A stretch of 64,000 nt of DNA from Ostrea edulis (lineage: Eukaryota): NCBI RefSeq assembly GCF_947568905.1, contig NC_079169.1, forward strand, positions 73,966,001 to 74,030,000, given 5' to 3'. The first letter of the stretch is position 1. The number at the start of each line of letters is the position of its first letter. The position numbers were made by a program, and so were the translations under genes. Of this stretch, positions 50,523 to 62,495 are shown piece after piece. Below the pieces are notes generated by a model. That model was not told the DNA's origin. It was given only the letters and a program-made list of their open reading frames with translations, and did no database searches.

Positions 50523-51310
50523 AATTTGAAGCTTCCAGAATTTAACAAAATTGCAGACAAAATCAAGAAAGTAGACCTGAAAATGAAAAACATTTTTCAT
50601 GTATTGGACTTAACCCTATGTACAAAAGCAGGAATCTGTGTCATCACAAAACATGTTCAATCAAAAGACATTGTTGTGTTTATCCATGTGCTTGTACGTA
50701 CTGGTAACTGTTGATAAATTATTACCAAAAAAAAGGTCGTAACACAGACTTCTATTATCACGGGGGAGGGGGGATGTTGGAATATCTAAATTATCATTTG
50801 TTTTGCCTCATTCTGGGCGTTCTGAAAATTTCCATAAAACTGATCTAGGACTAAAATCACGAATTGAAGAAACGAAGAGGCATATTTTATTTATTTAATA
50901 ATTATCAAAACTTACTTCACCTGTAAGATCAAAATCAAGCATCGATAAACAACGGATTTACTTCACATCGTATCAGCTTAAGATGTCATTTAAAAATTAA
51001 AAACTGGTTAAGATCCACTATTTGAAAGCGTATAACCCTTACTAAGTGGATGGAAGCATTCCACATTTTCGTAGCAATCTATGCGGAGAAGCACCCACAG
51101 GAAATATGTAATCTTATGGCATATGCACAGATTGTGCAGCGTATATCTGACGCCTGTGAAGATGCTGCAGCTCTGTCATATGATGACAAATTTAGACGAT
51201 GGAGTCAGAAAGATCCCGCCTCTTGCCCATGGCAAGAAAAAAATGTGGAACTGTATCAAGAGTATTTGCGGGGCTCGACTTCAAATTAAAAGCCAAAACG
51301 CAGCCCTTTC

Positions 51311-53093
51311 ATGCCCCCCAGAAGCACAGGTACAGCTACTCCTTCAATAATCACGGCACCTGTCCCAAGGGACGTGCATGTCCCCATCCCCATGTGTGCC
51401 AGCACTGCCAAGGCAAACATTAAAAAAGAAATTGTAATAGACCTCGACAAACAACACCCGCCCAACAAAACGCAGCACAAAGTAATACCAAAAGTAACCA
51501 GTCTTCAACCACCAAGTAACCCGGAAAAAACCTCTCCAATCACTACTCCAATAAAACCCAATCATCTTTCTGACTATTTAAATGGATACAGCCCAGTCTT
51601 AAAATCATTCCTTATTGAAGGGTTTACTTTTGGATTCAAAATTCTGTATACAGAACAATGTGTGTTTAGAATTTCCAAAAATTTATCATCTCTTCAAGGA
51701 CAGGAATTATTAGTGTCTCAACGTCTCCAACAAGAATTAAAAGCCAAAAGGATAGCAGGACCCTATTCAGATCCACCGTTTGTTAATCTTCAAGTTTCCC
51801 CATTAGGATTAGTGCTAAAGAAAGCATCAGGTGAATTCAGGTTGATACACCATTTGTCGTACTCCGAAGGCAACTCTATCAATGACCATATACCCAATCA
51901 TTTATGTACTGTACAATACCAATCCATTGACACTGCAATCTCGCTTATACAACAGTTGGGACCAAGAGCACTTTTGGCAAAAACCGACATTGAGAACGCA
52001 TACAAACAAATACCAGTCCATCCCAGTGACTTTGAATTGTTAGGATTTCGGATTGGAAATGACTACTATTATGACAAAACTCTTTCTTTTGGACTAAGCT
52101 ATTCCTGCAATCTTTTTGAGAGATTCAGCACAGCCCTTCAATGGATTTTAGAAAACAAGTTCTCTGTGGCACATTGCGTCCATGTGTTAGATGATTTTTT
52201 ATTTATTGGACCTCGAAATTCCTCTAAATGCTTATGTCCTTCTACAAACTAGCACAGGATATTGGCCTTCCCATTAAATCAAGCAAAACCGTCTACCCCA
52301 CCACAACTTTAACATTCTTGGGCTTGGAGTTGGATACTGTAAAATTTGAAATCCGCCTACCACAAGACAAGCTGGATTCCTTGAGAGAAGAGGTGCAAAA
52401 GCTTAAATCACAAAAATCAGCCACATTAGAACAATTACAATCTCTCATCGGAATGCTTAACTTTGCTTGTAAGGTCGTACCACCTGGCCGAACTTTTCTC
52501 AGGCGACTGATTGACTTGACAGTGGGCCTCAAAAAACCTCATCATCATCGCCGTTTATATTCTGAAGCCAAAGCTGATTTGAATGCGTGGGGAATCTTTC
52601 TGAGACATTTCAACGATAAAGCTCTCTTTCCATCAGGCATTACACACTCTTCCACCTCCTTACATTTATTCACTGACGCAAGTGACCTTGGATATGGCTG
52701 TACCTTTGGCAAGGAGTGGTTCTTTGGTAAATTTTCTAGCAACTGGCTGCAGTTTCACATTGCCGTCCGCGAGTTTCTCCAATTGTTATTGCACTAGAAC
52801 TTTGGTGTCATCAGTTCCCAAATTGCAGGGTGATTCTTCACTCAGATAACATTGCCGTTGTGCATGTGATCAACAAAACCACCTCTAAAGACCCAAATCT
52901 GATGACTTTAATGAGGCGCCTTATGCTCCTCTCCCTTCAACATAATATTCATTTTGTTGCTGAGCATGTCCCTGGTGTCTTAAATACAGCAGCTGATATG
53001 CTTTCTCGTCTACAGGTGACAGAGTTTCAAACTCGGTTTCCCTCACATGCAGCCCAGACGTACTCAGATACCTCCTGCTCTGGTGAGACTTTG
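51311..53093 (+). pseudogene. RT-RNase H of the YR retrotransposon, frameshifted near 52230, 52780 and 53040
   Basis: ORFs 51311-52252, 52228-52797 and the start of 52830-54032. The natural RNase H end FPHMQPRRTQIPPALVRL* lies in a shifted frame. Confidence 0.9.
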
Positions 53094-54021
53094 AAGCATA
53101 CAAAAGATTATTTGTTGAGGAACTCATTATCTCAGTCCACATTGTCTGTCTACAAGTCAGGTTTTGAGACTTATATGAACTTTATTAATTCGCATTTTGG
53201 ATCTTGTGCAAACCCCCTACCCCCTTCCCTTGAGCATTTGTCAGCATTCATTGCTCACTGCTTCCTCAGGAAGCTGGCTGCCTCATCTACTTGCACACTC
53301 ATATCATCGCTGAATTTTATTTTTCAACTCGGTGGCTACCAAGATCTTACTCAACATTTTATCATTAAGAAAATGCTGACTGGGTTTCAAAAATGTAAAC
53401 CTTCAATGGACTCGAGACTCCCCATAACTCCATCTATTTTGATACAATTGGTAAATGCCCTGCAGTATACTACTTCATCTTTATTTCTTAGGCGCCTGCT
53501 AAAAGCAATGTTCATTTTAGCATTTTCTGCTTTTTTGCGGATAGGAGATATCACTAAAACTACTGGCCCTGCACAACACTTCCTGCTCTTTGATCATATC
53601 TCAGTCCAGAGGCAACAAGATCAATTGCAGCTTATTGAAATTAATATTCCCCATTTAAAGCATTCTAAGTCAAATATTACTACTCTGCGCCTACATCAAA
53701 ATATTAAAAATCCAGTTATCTGCCCTTGTATAGCGCTTACGCAGTATCTCCTACTAAGAAAGCACGTGTCTCCCTCGGAACTCCTCTTTTCATTTATGGA
53801 TGGGTTGCCAGTTTCAAAAAAAAATAAATTCACACACCATTTACGCAAAGCCTTAGCCTTTTGCAACCTAGATTTAAAACGATATCAAACACACAGTTTC
53901 AGAATAGGTGCAACAACCACCGCTGCATCCTTAGGGTTTTCAGAACTTCAGATCCAAACTATGGGAAGATGGCATTCCACCGCTTTTAAAAATACATCCG
54001 TATCCCCACACTTAACGTGTG
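53090..54021 (+). pseudogene. Tyrosine recombinase, catalytic Tyr lost by a terminal frameshift
   Basis: LLRNSLSQSTLSVY...AFLRIGDI...HSFRIGATT...MGRWHSTAF, then an A run where KKYIRIP appears only in the shifted frame. Confidence 0.85.
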
Positions 54022-55328
54022 AGCTAACATAATGTTTCCCTATTCAAGAGCCCTATGTTCTAATCGTAAAGACATTTCATGCAAACAGGGGTTGTATGAT
54101 ATTTAATATTAGTACCTTTCTTACCATCCAGTCAGGGGCTGGTGGTGTATTATTGTGTTTAGCAGTCAGGGGCTGCAACTTCAATGTATTGTTATTATTC
54201 TGCAACTGTTAGGTTTGTTTGCTTTATTTTTATGGGGCGTTAACAAGCTAGCCAATATTTGTGTTTTCATATGCTCAACAAATTTTATCTATCTTGTTAA
54301 GGTGGCGATGTAACACCCCATAACATATTTTTTCCGATGTTAGGATCATGTTTTTTCTAGTCCCTTCAGCGTACTAGTCCAAATATTTTTCGATTAGACG
54401 TAAATATTTCCATGCTCTACATATTTTATTCTGAATATGCATAATATGTTCTATGCAACCATTTTATTAGTTGGACTGTTAGCCTAGTTGCATGCTGTTT
54501 GATTGAGCATATTGTGTAATTTTATGCAACAGGCTATTATGTATATTTCTATTTGTTTATTGTCATTAATGTTCAACAAATGACCTATTTTATCTTTAGC
54601 CAGGAGTTCTCTTTATTGTATTTGGTTGGAGGCAGACAGACATAAAAATAATTTATGGCAATAAATTGTTTAGTTTATCGAAAACGAAAGTAGATTTTTA
54701 ATTAATTTCACGACATTTACTAATGAAGTAAAATTCTATTATAGCTTACGCACTTCACCTCTTATATAAAACAATATCAAATGTTCAAGCAGTAACTCCG
54801 GATCAAGCGTTTCGGAATTTATTGGCAAAATTCATTAATTTATAAATATAAATATACGTTATTGTATTATGGGAAAACAACGGAAGCATGGGATACCAAA
54901 TAAATTCTACAATTGGTTTTTTTAATGGTCTATCCGCAAATAGTGAACTTGTTTGTAAAACACTTCATTCAGTGTAATTTCCTATGCAATGTACAGTGTA
55001 ACTTGAAAGACGAGTTTTGTTTGGAAAGAATAAGTAGCCTGCTCGGTCAACGGTCAAGATAGATAACACAGTATATATTACAGATCTAAAAATGTATCTA
55101 AATTTTATTTTGAATGACAATTGAGAAATCAGTGTTCAATCATTCACAATATTGTGTGCATCCGCTGAAGCAATGCTGACCTCCGACGCGTTGCATGATG
55201 GGATTTACGTCACAGTGGAGAGGGTCCGTGTTGATGCAATTTTGTAGATTGTGAAGTTGGGTTAAGCATGGGTTGAAACACATCTTTCTTGAAGCTTAGG
55301 AGAAAACAACCATAATTAGCAGTCATTT

Positions 55329-56534
55329 ATGGCAAGCCCTTTTACTATTTATTCGTAAAATAGAATATATATCTTTATATAAGAGAGATATCTCTTTACA
55401 CTAGAGAGACATCTCTATTGCTTGTAGAGATATCTCTGTAAGTTAGAGAGATATCTTTTTAACCAAGAGATATCTCTTTAAACATAAGAAATATTTCTTG
55501 AACTAAAATATATCTCTTTAAACATAAGAGATATCTCTTTACGCTAGGGAGATATTTCTTTCTCTTTGAGAGATATCTCTTAAAGCTAGAGAGATATCTC
55601 TCAAAGAGAAAGATATATCTCTCCATCAAAGTAAAAAGAGATATCTCTTTAAGTTAGAGAGATATCTCCTTAAATTTTCAAAAAGAGATATCTCTTTAAC
55701 TTAAAGAGATATCTCTTTAATACCCCCCCCCCCGTGATCATAATGACTTCTCCCTGTTGCATCGCCATTAATATGATATAACCCTATCTTTTAACCAATC
55801 AAACAACTTCTAGTGTAAAAATGGCGGACAAGTTTGAAGAGGTGGTTGGGGAAACATAATTTGGTATAAATGTAAATCCAGTGCAGCTCCAATCTGATTA
55901 AAACCAGATCCTGAGATCCGCTCACTTAGATCGCTACACTAGTGTAGCGATTGTGAGCGGATCTCAGGATCTGGTTTTAATCAGATTGAGTGTAGCTCAC
56001 ATATTTTATTAATTTATTGTCTTTGTTTTGTGTTACCTGTATACGGGATTGCAACCATCATGGTAAGATTTTCTTTGGCGGATATCCGGCTTAGGGAGAA
56101 CTCCTTAAATATTCAAACTAATAAAAAATCTTTTTTAGAGATATCTCTTTTTTAACAATTGAAGAGATATATCTTATACTTTGAAAGATATATCTCTGGG
56201 AATATTCTTAGAGAGATATCTCTCAAAGTAAAAGAGATATCCTTCAGAGTAAGAGATATCCCTTTAAGTAAAAGATATCTCTCAAAGTGAAAGAGATATC
56301 TCTCTAAGTGAAAGAGATCTCTCTAAGTGAAAGAGATCTCTCTCTACGTGAAAGAGATCTCTCTAAGTGAAAGAGATCTCTCTCTAAGTGAAAGAGATAT
56401 CTCTTTTTTAGAGAGATATCTCTTAAAATCAAGAAATATCTCTCATTTTAAAGCGATATCTTTCAAATAAGAGATATCTCTTTGATTTAAAAAGATATCT
56501 TATTTTTCGAATAAATAGTAAAAGGGCTTGCCAT
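55329..56534. mobile_element. Second foldback-like AGAGATATCTCT element
   Basis: TIR atggcaagcccttttactatttattcg / cgaataaatagtaaaagggcttgccat; internal segment homologous to the first copy. No clear 9-bp TSD. Confidence 0.85.
55890..55988. repeat. 99-bp near-perfect palindrome inserted in the second foldback copy
   Basis: 36-bp perfect outer arms, inner ATCGCTACACT|AGTGTAGCGAT, flanked by AGTGCAGCTC and AGTGTAGCTC. Confidence 0.9.
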
Positions 56535-57361
56535 AATAATTCCCTCTTTATAAAGCTGTTATTGGATTTCAAAAGATGTACCTGGCTATGCACATGTGCA
56601 AACCATTTGAATAAATTGATGTTGTGTCTTATACTATGAAACTGTAATTTCATTTTTGGTTGGTAGATTCATCGTGCATACTTGAAAAATCTTCGTTTAG
56701 CTAACATTAATGTAATAAAATGACAGATTCATGAAAAACGATTCAACCTCCTTACTCGAGCACTTTTTCACACATCCGCGAAAACATCCAAACCCGAACT
56801 GGTCAATGGTGTGCGAAGGTTGAACTGTACAGCATGGGTCCATGTTCCAGCAGGCCAGCAGGTCTTGTTGTTTTAATGGTGGGCATGCTTCTGATTGTCA
56901 GAAGAGAAAAATCAAACTATTAACATACACCTAAAACCGAATTGTGGTGAATTAAAGTCGAGGGTGGGAGTTGTAGTCGCTTTAAGTATGGTTTAGAACT
57001 TGACATTACGGTGGTATACTAAAAACACCGATACTTTTACCAGGCGAAAAATCGATTTATCATCTCCAGCGATCGACATATTATGCCATGCGTGTGACAT
57101 AATCATCCTGTGCGCTTAAGATATTATCTCGTTCGGTCGACATATCTTGACTCCGAGACTCGGTGACGGCGTCAGTCCGAGTATTCAGCTTACGAGGATA
57201 TCTATCTATTTATTAGAATAAAATAAGTCCTTGGCTTAGACAAAATATAGGAAAAATTCAGATGAAGATTTCACGGGTCTTCAGCGGTTTTTTTTTTAAA
57301 AATCCCGTAGAGCGAAAGCGCTTTGGAATAAATGTGAAATCTTCATCTGAATTTTGTCGTT

Positions 57362-57374
57362 CGCGCGCGCGCGC

Positions 57375-57439
<65 letters not shown>

Positions 57440-57440
57440 C
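57362..57440. repeat. (CG)n(TA)n compound microsatellite
   Basis: Direct reading. Confidence 0.95.
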
Positions 57441-58161
57441 ACACAGCATGGCAACAGACAGAATAAACTCTTGTTCAGATTGTTTAATTCTTTAACTTTT
57501 ACAGTGCCCGAAACCTTTGCAAGTGTACAGGGTATTAGAATGAAAAACATTCAAATCAAATTAAAAATATTCAAAGGGGAAGGGATTAAATATTGTTGCA
57601 TTTTTATTCGACGAAAATGGGACATGGCTGCAAAATTGCGAGAAATAACTTTTTGGTATAAAAAAAGACATCCCCACTGATATGGGTGATACATTACTGA
57701 AGAAGAAAAAACAAATGAAAAAAGAAGAATTTTCATAAGTATATACAAACTTCGGAAAGCCCTTTATGAACTTTGCCAGCATATTTAAAAGTTATAAAAA
57801 CCAAACAAACCTAGCTTCTGATGGAGAAGAAATTGAATCGCAACAATCCAGATGACATTTCTACAGCTGTACTTTGAGTCCATGTTTAGTGACGATTCAA
57901 GCAGGCACCGAGTGAGGACTTCAGTGAATGCAGCGTCATTTGAAACAGCTGCTGCTCTATCACCAATTAGGAATATGCAGCTCATTAACAGACAATAAGA
58001 ATATATCATGTCTCATTTATTCGCCAATAAAAATTCAGATTAACGACACATTTATTCTTATCTAATTGCTGTGATTTTTTTCTCATTTAACCGTCATGTA
58101 TATTCACACTGTGCACTGAAATGAAAATTCATAACATGTTGAACTAAAGAAACAATCCGGC

Positions 58162-58281
58162 AAAAGAGGTTTAGACATCTGTGGCAAAACACCCTTCCTA
58201 AATAACCCAAGTATGTACCGTAAAAGAGGTTTAGAGATCTGTGGCAAAACACCCTTCCTAAATAACCCAAGTATGTACCGT
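58162..58281 (+). repeat. Two tandem 60-bp repeats (one mismatch)
   Basis: aaaagaggtttaga(c/g)atctgtggcaaaacacccttcctaaataacccaagtatgtaccgt twice. Confidence 0.95.
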
Positions 58282-58362
58282 AAAATGTAAGAACTAAAAG
58301 ATAAAAACCTTGGTATATTTCTACAACCAGACACTGATCGATTCATGTTTGGTGAAGAAGCG

Positions 58363-58605
58363 ATGCCGCGTCGAAGCAATGATTTGCGAAATCAAGCACT
58401 CGGTATGGTGCAAGCAAGCGTCAGTCGGGGGGGGGGGGGGGTGTTCAACGTTCACGCTAACACAATCAGCCGATTGATACGACTTCCTCACCAAACAGGG
58501 TCCATAAATGAGTGCGCAAGACCGGGTCGGTCATTTGTGACAACACAACGTCAACAAGCGTTGATACGGCAACGTCACGTGCGGAATAGATATACGGCTG
58601 CCACA
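58363..58605 (+). pseudogene. Tc1/mariner transposase, N-terminal HTH part
   Basis: MPRRSNDLRNQALGMVQA...FNVHANTISRL...TGS...RPGRSFVTTQRQ...IRQRHVRNRYTAAT. Confidence 0.85.
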
Positions 58606-61228
58606 ATTCTCTCATCAGAGGGCGCGTTACGCAAGCTTCACACACACCTCTGTCAACGCTTGGAATCACGTGACAATATAATCACATGATATAAACAATA
58701 ATTCTCGGTTTCCTTCCTGTTTAAAAGTTCTGGTAACAAGTGATGACATCAGGCTCTTTTCATAGCCCACTGGCACTTTACGTACATATTTGTCATTTAG
58801 CTGTTTGTCTCTTATTGCACAAGTTTTATGGTATTTTTACAGCCTTTCTTACTTTTGATTCCATGTTTACATTCAAATCTTCGCCACGTGGATATCCTAC
58901 ATTCATAGGCACATTACGAAGTAGTTCCAAATTTAGGATTAAAAAAACGGCGATTTTAAACAATTTACAGTAAGCATCAATTTAATTGCACCAAAAACAT
59001 TTCATAGTATGACTAAATATTTAGTCGAAGACACAATTCTTTTACCTCAGTATGAGAATTCTATGCAACGCGTAATCTGATTGGTCTATACAGTCACGTG
59101 CCAGGGATGACAAAACTTCGCATCTCCCTCTCAAACATCATATCTCTCCAAACTTCCACCAGAGTTTGTTTGCTCACAAACCAATTCGTAGGTGACGTAA
59201 TGGGGCCTCGACGGGGAGTTTGCATATCTCCCCATTAAACTGGTTCCCCGCTGTTTGATGCTACACACAAACAACGGGTAAGCGGTACTTTGGTAGCCCA
59301 AATGAGCCGATTTCATTGGTCAGTTGGTTATGTCTCACTAGAGAGATTCCGAATGGTAAAGTTGGTGTAGTCTAGTTATGACGTCAAAGTCTATTGCGCT
59401 ACGATACGAAGTTTCGCGCTTCATAAGCCTGCTTCACTGTATTCATAACGTAGTGTGGTCAACTGTGACGTCAAAGTTAGCGTCGTTGTTGTTTTGAAAG
59501 GAACTCTCATCATACGTGTAAAATTACGATACAGCCCGAATCCTGGCCGTCAAAAATTGGCGCTTACCTGTTGTACCCGTAGAGTAGTCTCGTGCAACCA
59601 GGCGCTCTGCTTTTTCCGTAAATATCTGCTTGTCGGTGATCTACGGAGACAGCTGAGTGTCTGGTTGAACGAGACTACCCGTAGAGAAGCGAGATCAACA
59701 GGAAACCAGTTTAATCTCCCCATCATATTTACCTCTTGGGCAACCTCGTTCATTTTCCATATATTTTACGGCAAAGTAGACGTAGTTTGTTGTGACGTCA
59801 CAATGAGTCCGAGTCATTGTACTTTCATAGTTCATAAGGCACAAAATATGCGGGTCCCTGATACAGAGTTAAATTGCCTGGTTTTGGTTGATACAAAGAC
59901 AAGAAAGTAAATCAGCATTCAAGGAGAATGGAACTACAAAAAATGGTTATTATATCACTGTATTTTGTTGTTTGTACCTTATACCGTACTACGTTAACGG
60001 CGCGGTGTTACCCTTAGAACGATGTCAGCTACATGCAATATATATAGATGAGCGGACTCCAATTTCAAATGATCATTTATAGTCTTGCTTTGTTTTGGTA
60101 TAATAAACAATTTATATTATTGCATGAATCTTCATATCTCCCTCACTATCATGCAATAAATGTAATATGTATTACGGCGTGACCGTGTTTGAGGGCGAAG
60201 CAAAAACATTTTGGCATTATATAGTATCTAGATCCATAACAGGACAAAAAAATATCCCGAAATATTTGCACCTAACATGTGAGGACAGAGCTCAAAGTAT
60301 TCTAACTTCAGACATTTTTGATCCGCCTATTCATTGAACGCGGGAAACTCTATGCAACTGATGTAAACAGTGCATTGTGACGTCATATTCAGCGTCGGTG
60401 TTTAGCAAATACACAAACATTTGAAACGTTGTATATGTACTATTCGTGTTTTAAATCGAGGAGTAATTATATATGACTAAGAAAATAAGATTTATATGCT
60501 TTTATGGATTTTATGTAACATCTCAGAATAACGTTCCATAGGTATGGTTTAATTTTTCATTAGTTTTCTATATTTTCCTTTTAAACATGTATATACGTGT
60601 TACCTATAGGGAGAGCTCCGCTCTCACGGCCCTTCGAGCCGTGAGAGGGCTTCGCCCTCTATAATGTTGAATAATATGATTACGGTGTGACCGTTGGGGC
60701 GAGCGCAGCATATCTGAATACATTTTCAAAAAATTTATATTGAAAACAAGGAAAACTGATCTGGTTCACTGTCAATACGTAGGATTACTGTCGTGCTCTT
60801 CTCGTCAATGTAGGAACCAGTTTAGCGGGAAATGCAACGAGCTTGTTGTGACGTAGCCTGGTAGTTGTGACGTGACTGTTTACATTTCTTTAGACAATAT
60901 TTTAAAAAGAAAAAGAAAGGGGGAAGAATATGATTGTCATCCTTTCCTTTCAAATAAGAAAGGTTTGTAATACTTCAAAGATTTTTTTTATTATTATTTT
61001 ACGAATCGAACCATCCGCCATTTTGTACAAGGGACTTCTGGGATTGGCGTCCAAAAAAATTCTTGTTAGAGGTTGAGATTTAGCTCGGATTATTTCCCGC
61101 GTTCTAGTCATTAGAGCTCGCAGTACGAGCCAGCGCTCCGCGCTTAGAAACTTTTACAAGATTTCTGTAAAAAGCCGTTGACAGAGGTGTAGTGCGAGAG
61201 AGCGCACGGAACTCTGGGTAGAGAATGA
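58606..61228. mobile_element. 2.6-kb non-coding element with imperfect TIRs splitting the Tc1 gene (9-10-bp target duplication)
   Basis: GCTGCCACAA at 58597-58606 and 61229-61238. Both ends share attctct..cagag...acacctctgtcaacg in inverted orientation. Confidence 0.7.
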
Positions 61229-61530
61229 GCTGCCACAACGACGATGAGGCAAACAATTGGGTGCCATGGTAGGGCAATTCACTGTAGAACAGTTTCTGGA
61301 ATATTGAAACGTTGTGAGATTTTCTGCAAAAGACCTTATAAAAGGCTTACAACTGAAACCAAATCATCGACGTAACAGAATGTAGTGGACTCGACAGCGG
61401 TTAAAAATCAACTCCTGAATTGGACTCAAGATTCAACGTCAGTAATGTGAACGGCAGAATACGAGTTTACCGACGTGTGCATGAACACTAAGTTGATAAT
61501 TGCGTGCTTGAACAAGACAGATTTGGCAAA
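61229..61530 (+). pseudogene. Tc1/mariner transposase continuation
   Basis: AATTTMRQTIG...TV...KRPYK..L.LKPNHRRNRM*W...SRFNV...GRIRVYRR...CVLEQDRFGKGS, with frameshifts and stops. Confidence 0.8.
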
Positions 61531-61741
61531 GGTAGCCAGATAGACATCGATATAATTTCTTTGAAGAAAATTCTGTGTCAATCTCGCAGTGTGCGGGTTC
61601 TCATTGTCCTGCTGATAATCTGAAATATCACCTGGCCTTGTCTGTGCTGCTGTATCAATGGTGCCAACACAGGCTGTTGTGAGTGGCTGCTGAACGTCGT
61701 CTGATTCTACCTGCCTGGTATGGATAAGTATACACTGGCTC

Positions 61742-61742
61742 T

Positions 61743-61808
<66 letters not shown>
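61742..61808. repeat. (CT)n(TA)n compound microsatellite
   Basis: Direct reading. Confidence 0.95.
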
Positions 61809-62495
61809 AGTTATTTCAGGACCTAAGTTCTAAATAATTAGCAAATTACAGAGTAGACAGACAACAGACAAAGTTTGATACATATTTCCGACCTAATTAT
61901 TTGTGATAAAAATAAAATTGTATTTGTTTTGCGATATTGTCATGGCCGTTTAATCAAAATTGCAATATAACAGATTCTGACAGAGCTGTGGACAAATATG
62001 ATACATGTGCATCAGATAAGATATGCTACATGTATATAGATACATATAATGCGCCGAACATACAATATGGCAGCATATATCAGATGTAAAATACACAATT
62101 ATGAAATAAAATATTATCTTTATCCGATGAGCCTGGAAAAGACAGTACACACCGGAGACAATATTTTAATCAAAATTATGCCAAATGGATCACAGGACTC
62201 AGTCATGGGAACCATCCGCCAATATTAAAAGGCGGCAATTTTGCATTCACTAGATATATAATTTTTAGCTTGCATGTACCATGTACACAATGTCAGCCAA
62301 ATAGATATAGATATATGTCATAAGTTCTATTTACACGTGCACCAATTGCTACCCAGATTTAATATGCACATGAATGTCATAATGTACGTGTGCCAGATAT
62401 ACCAAAATAATTGGCACGATGTATATAAATTTAAGATAGATAGATGATACTTTCTGAAAACTGACCATGACTCGCCAGTATATGTAAAAATTGAT

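Larger units (their letters stand above)
51020..54680 (+). mobile_element. 5'-truncated DIRS/Ngaro-type tyrosine-recombinase retrotransposon (decayed)
   Basis: Gag-like region with zinc knuckle (CPKGRAC..PHVCQHCQGKH), RT (FRLIHHLS, VLDDFL), RNase H (LFTDAS, ILHSDN, NTAADMLSR) and YR (FLRIGD, HSFRIG, GRW). The 3' end is approximate. Confidence 0.92.

Noticed and set aside
54030-54680. Split direct repeats or ICR expected at the 3' end of the first YR element
   Set aside because: Only a 13-bp repeat (cagtcaggggctg twice) is visible and the 5' end is missing, so the terminal structure and the DIRS versus Ngaro subtype cannot be assigned.
57258-57680. YIYIYI and RERERE ORFs (also 25317-25598, 41403-41639)
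   Set aside because: Microsatellite translations.
61560-61740. GC-richer stretch with an open minus-strand frame (VESDDVQQPLTT...)
   Set aside because: Short, no recognisable motif and no supported splice partners; left unannotated.
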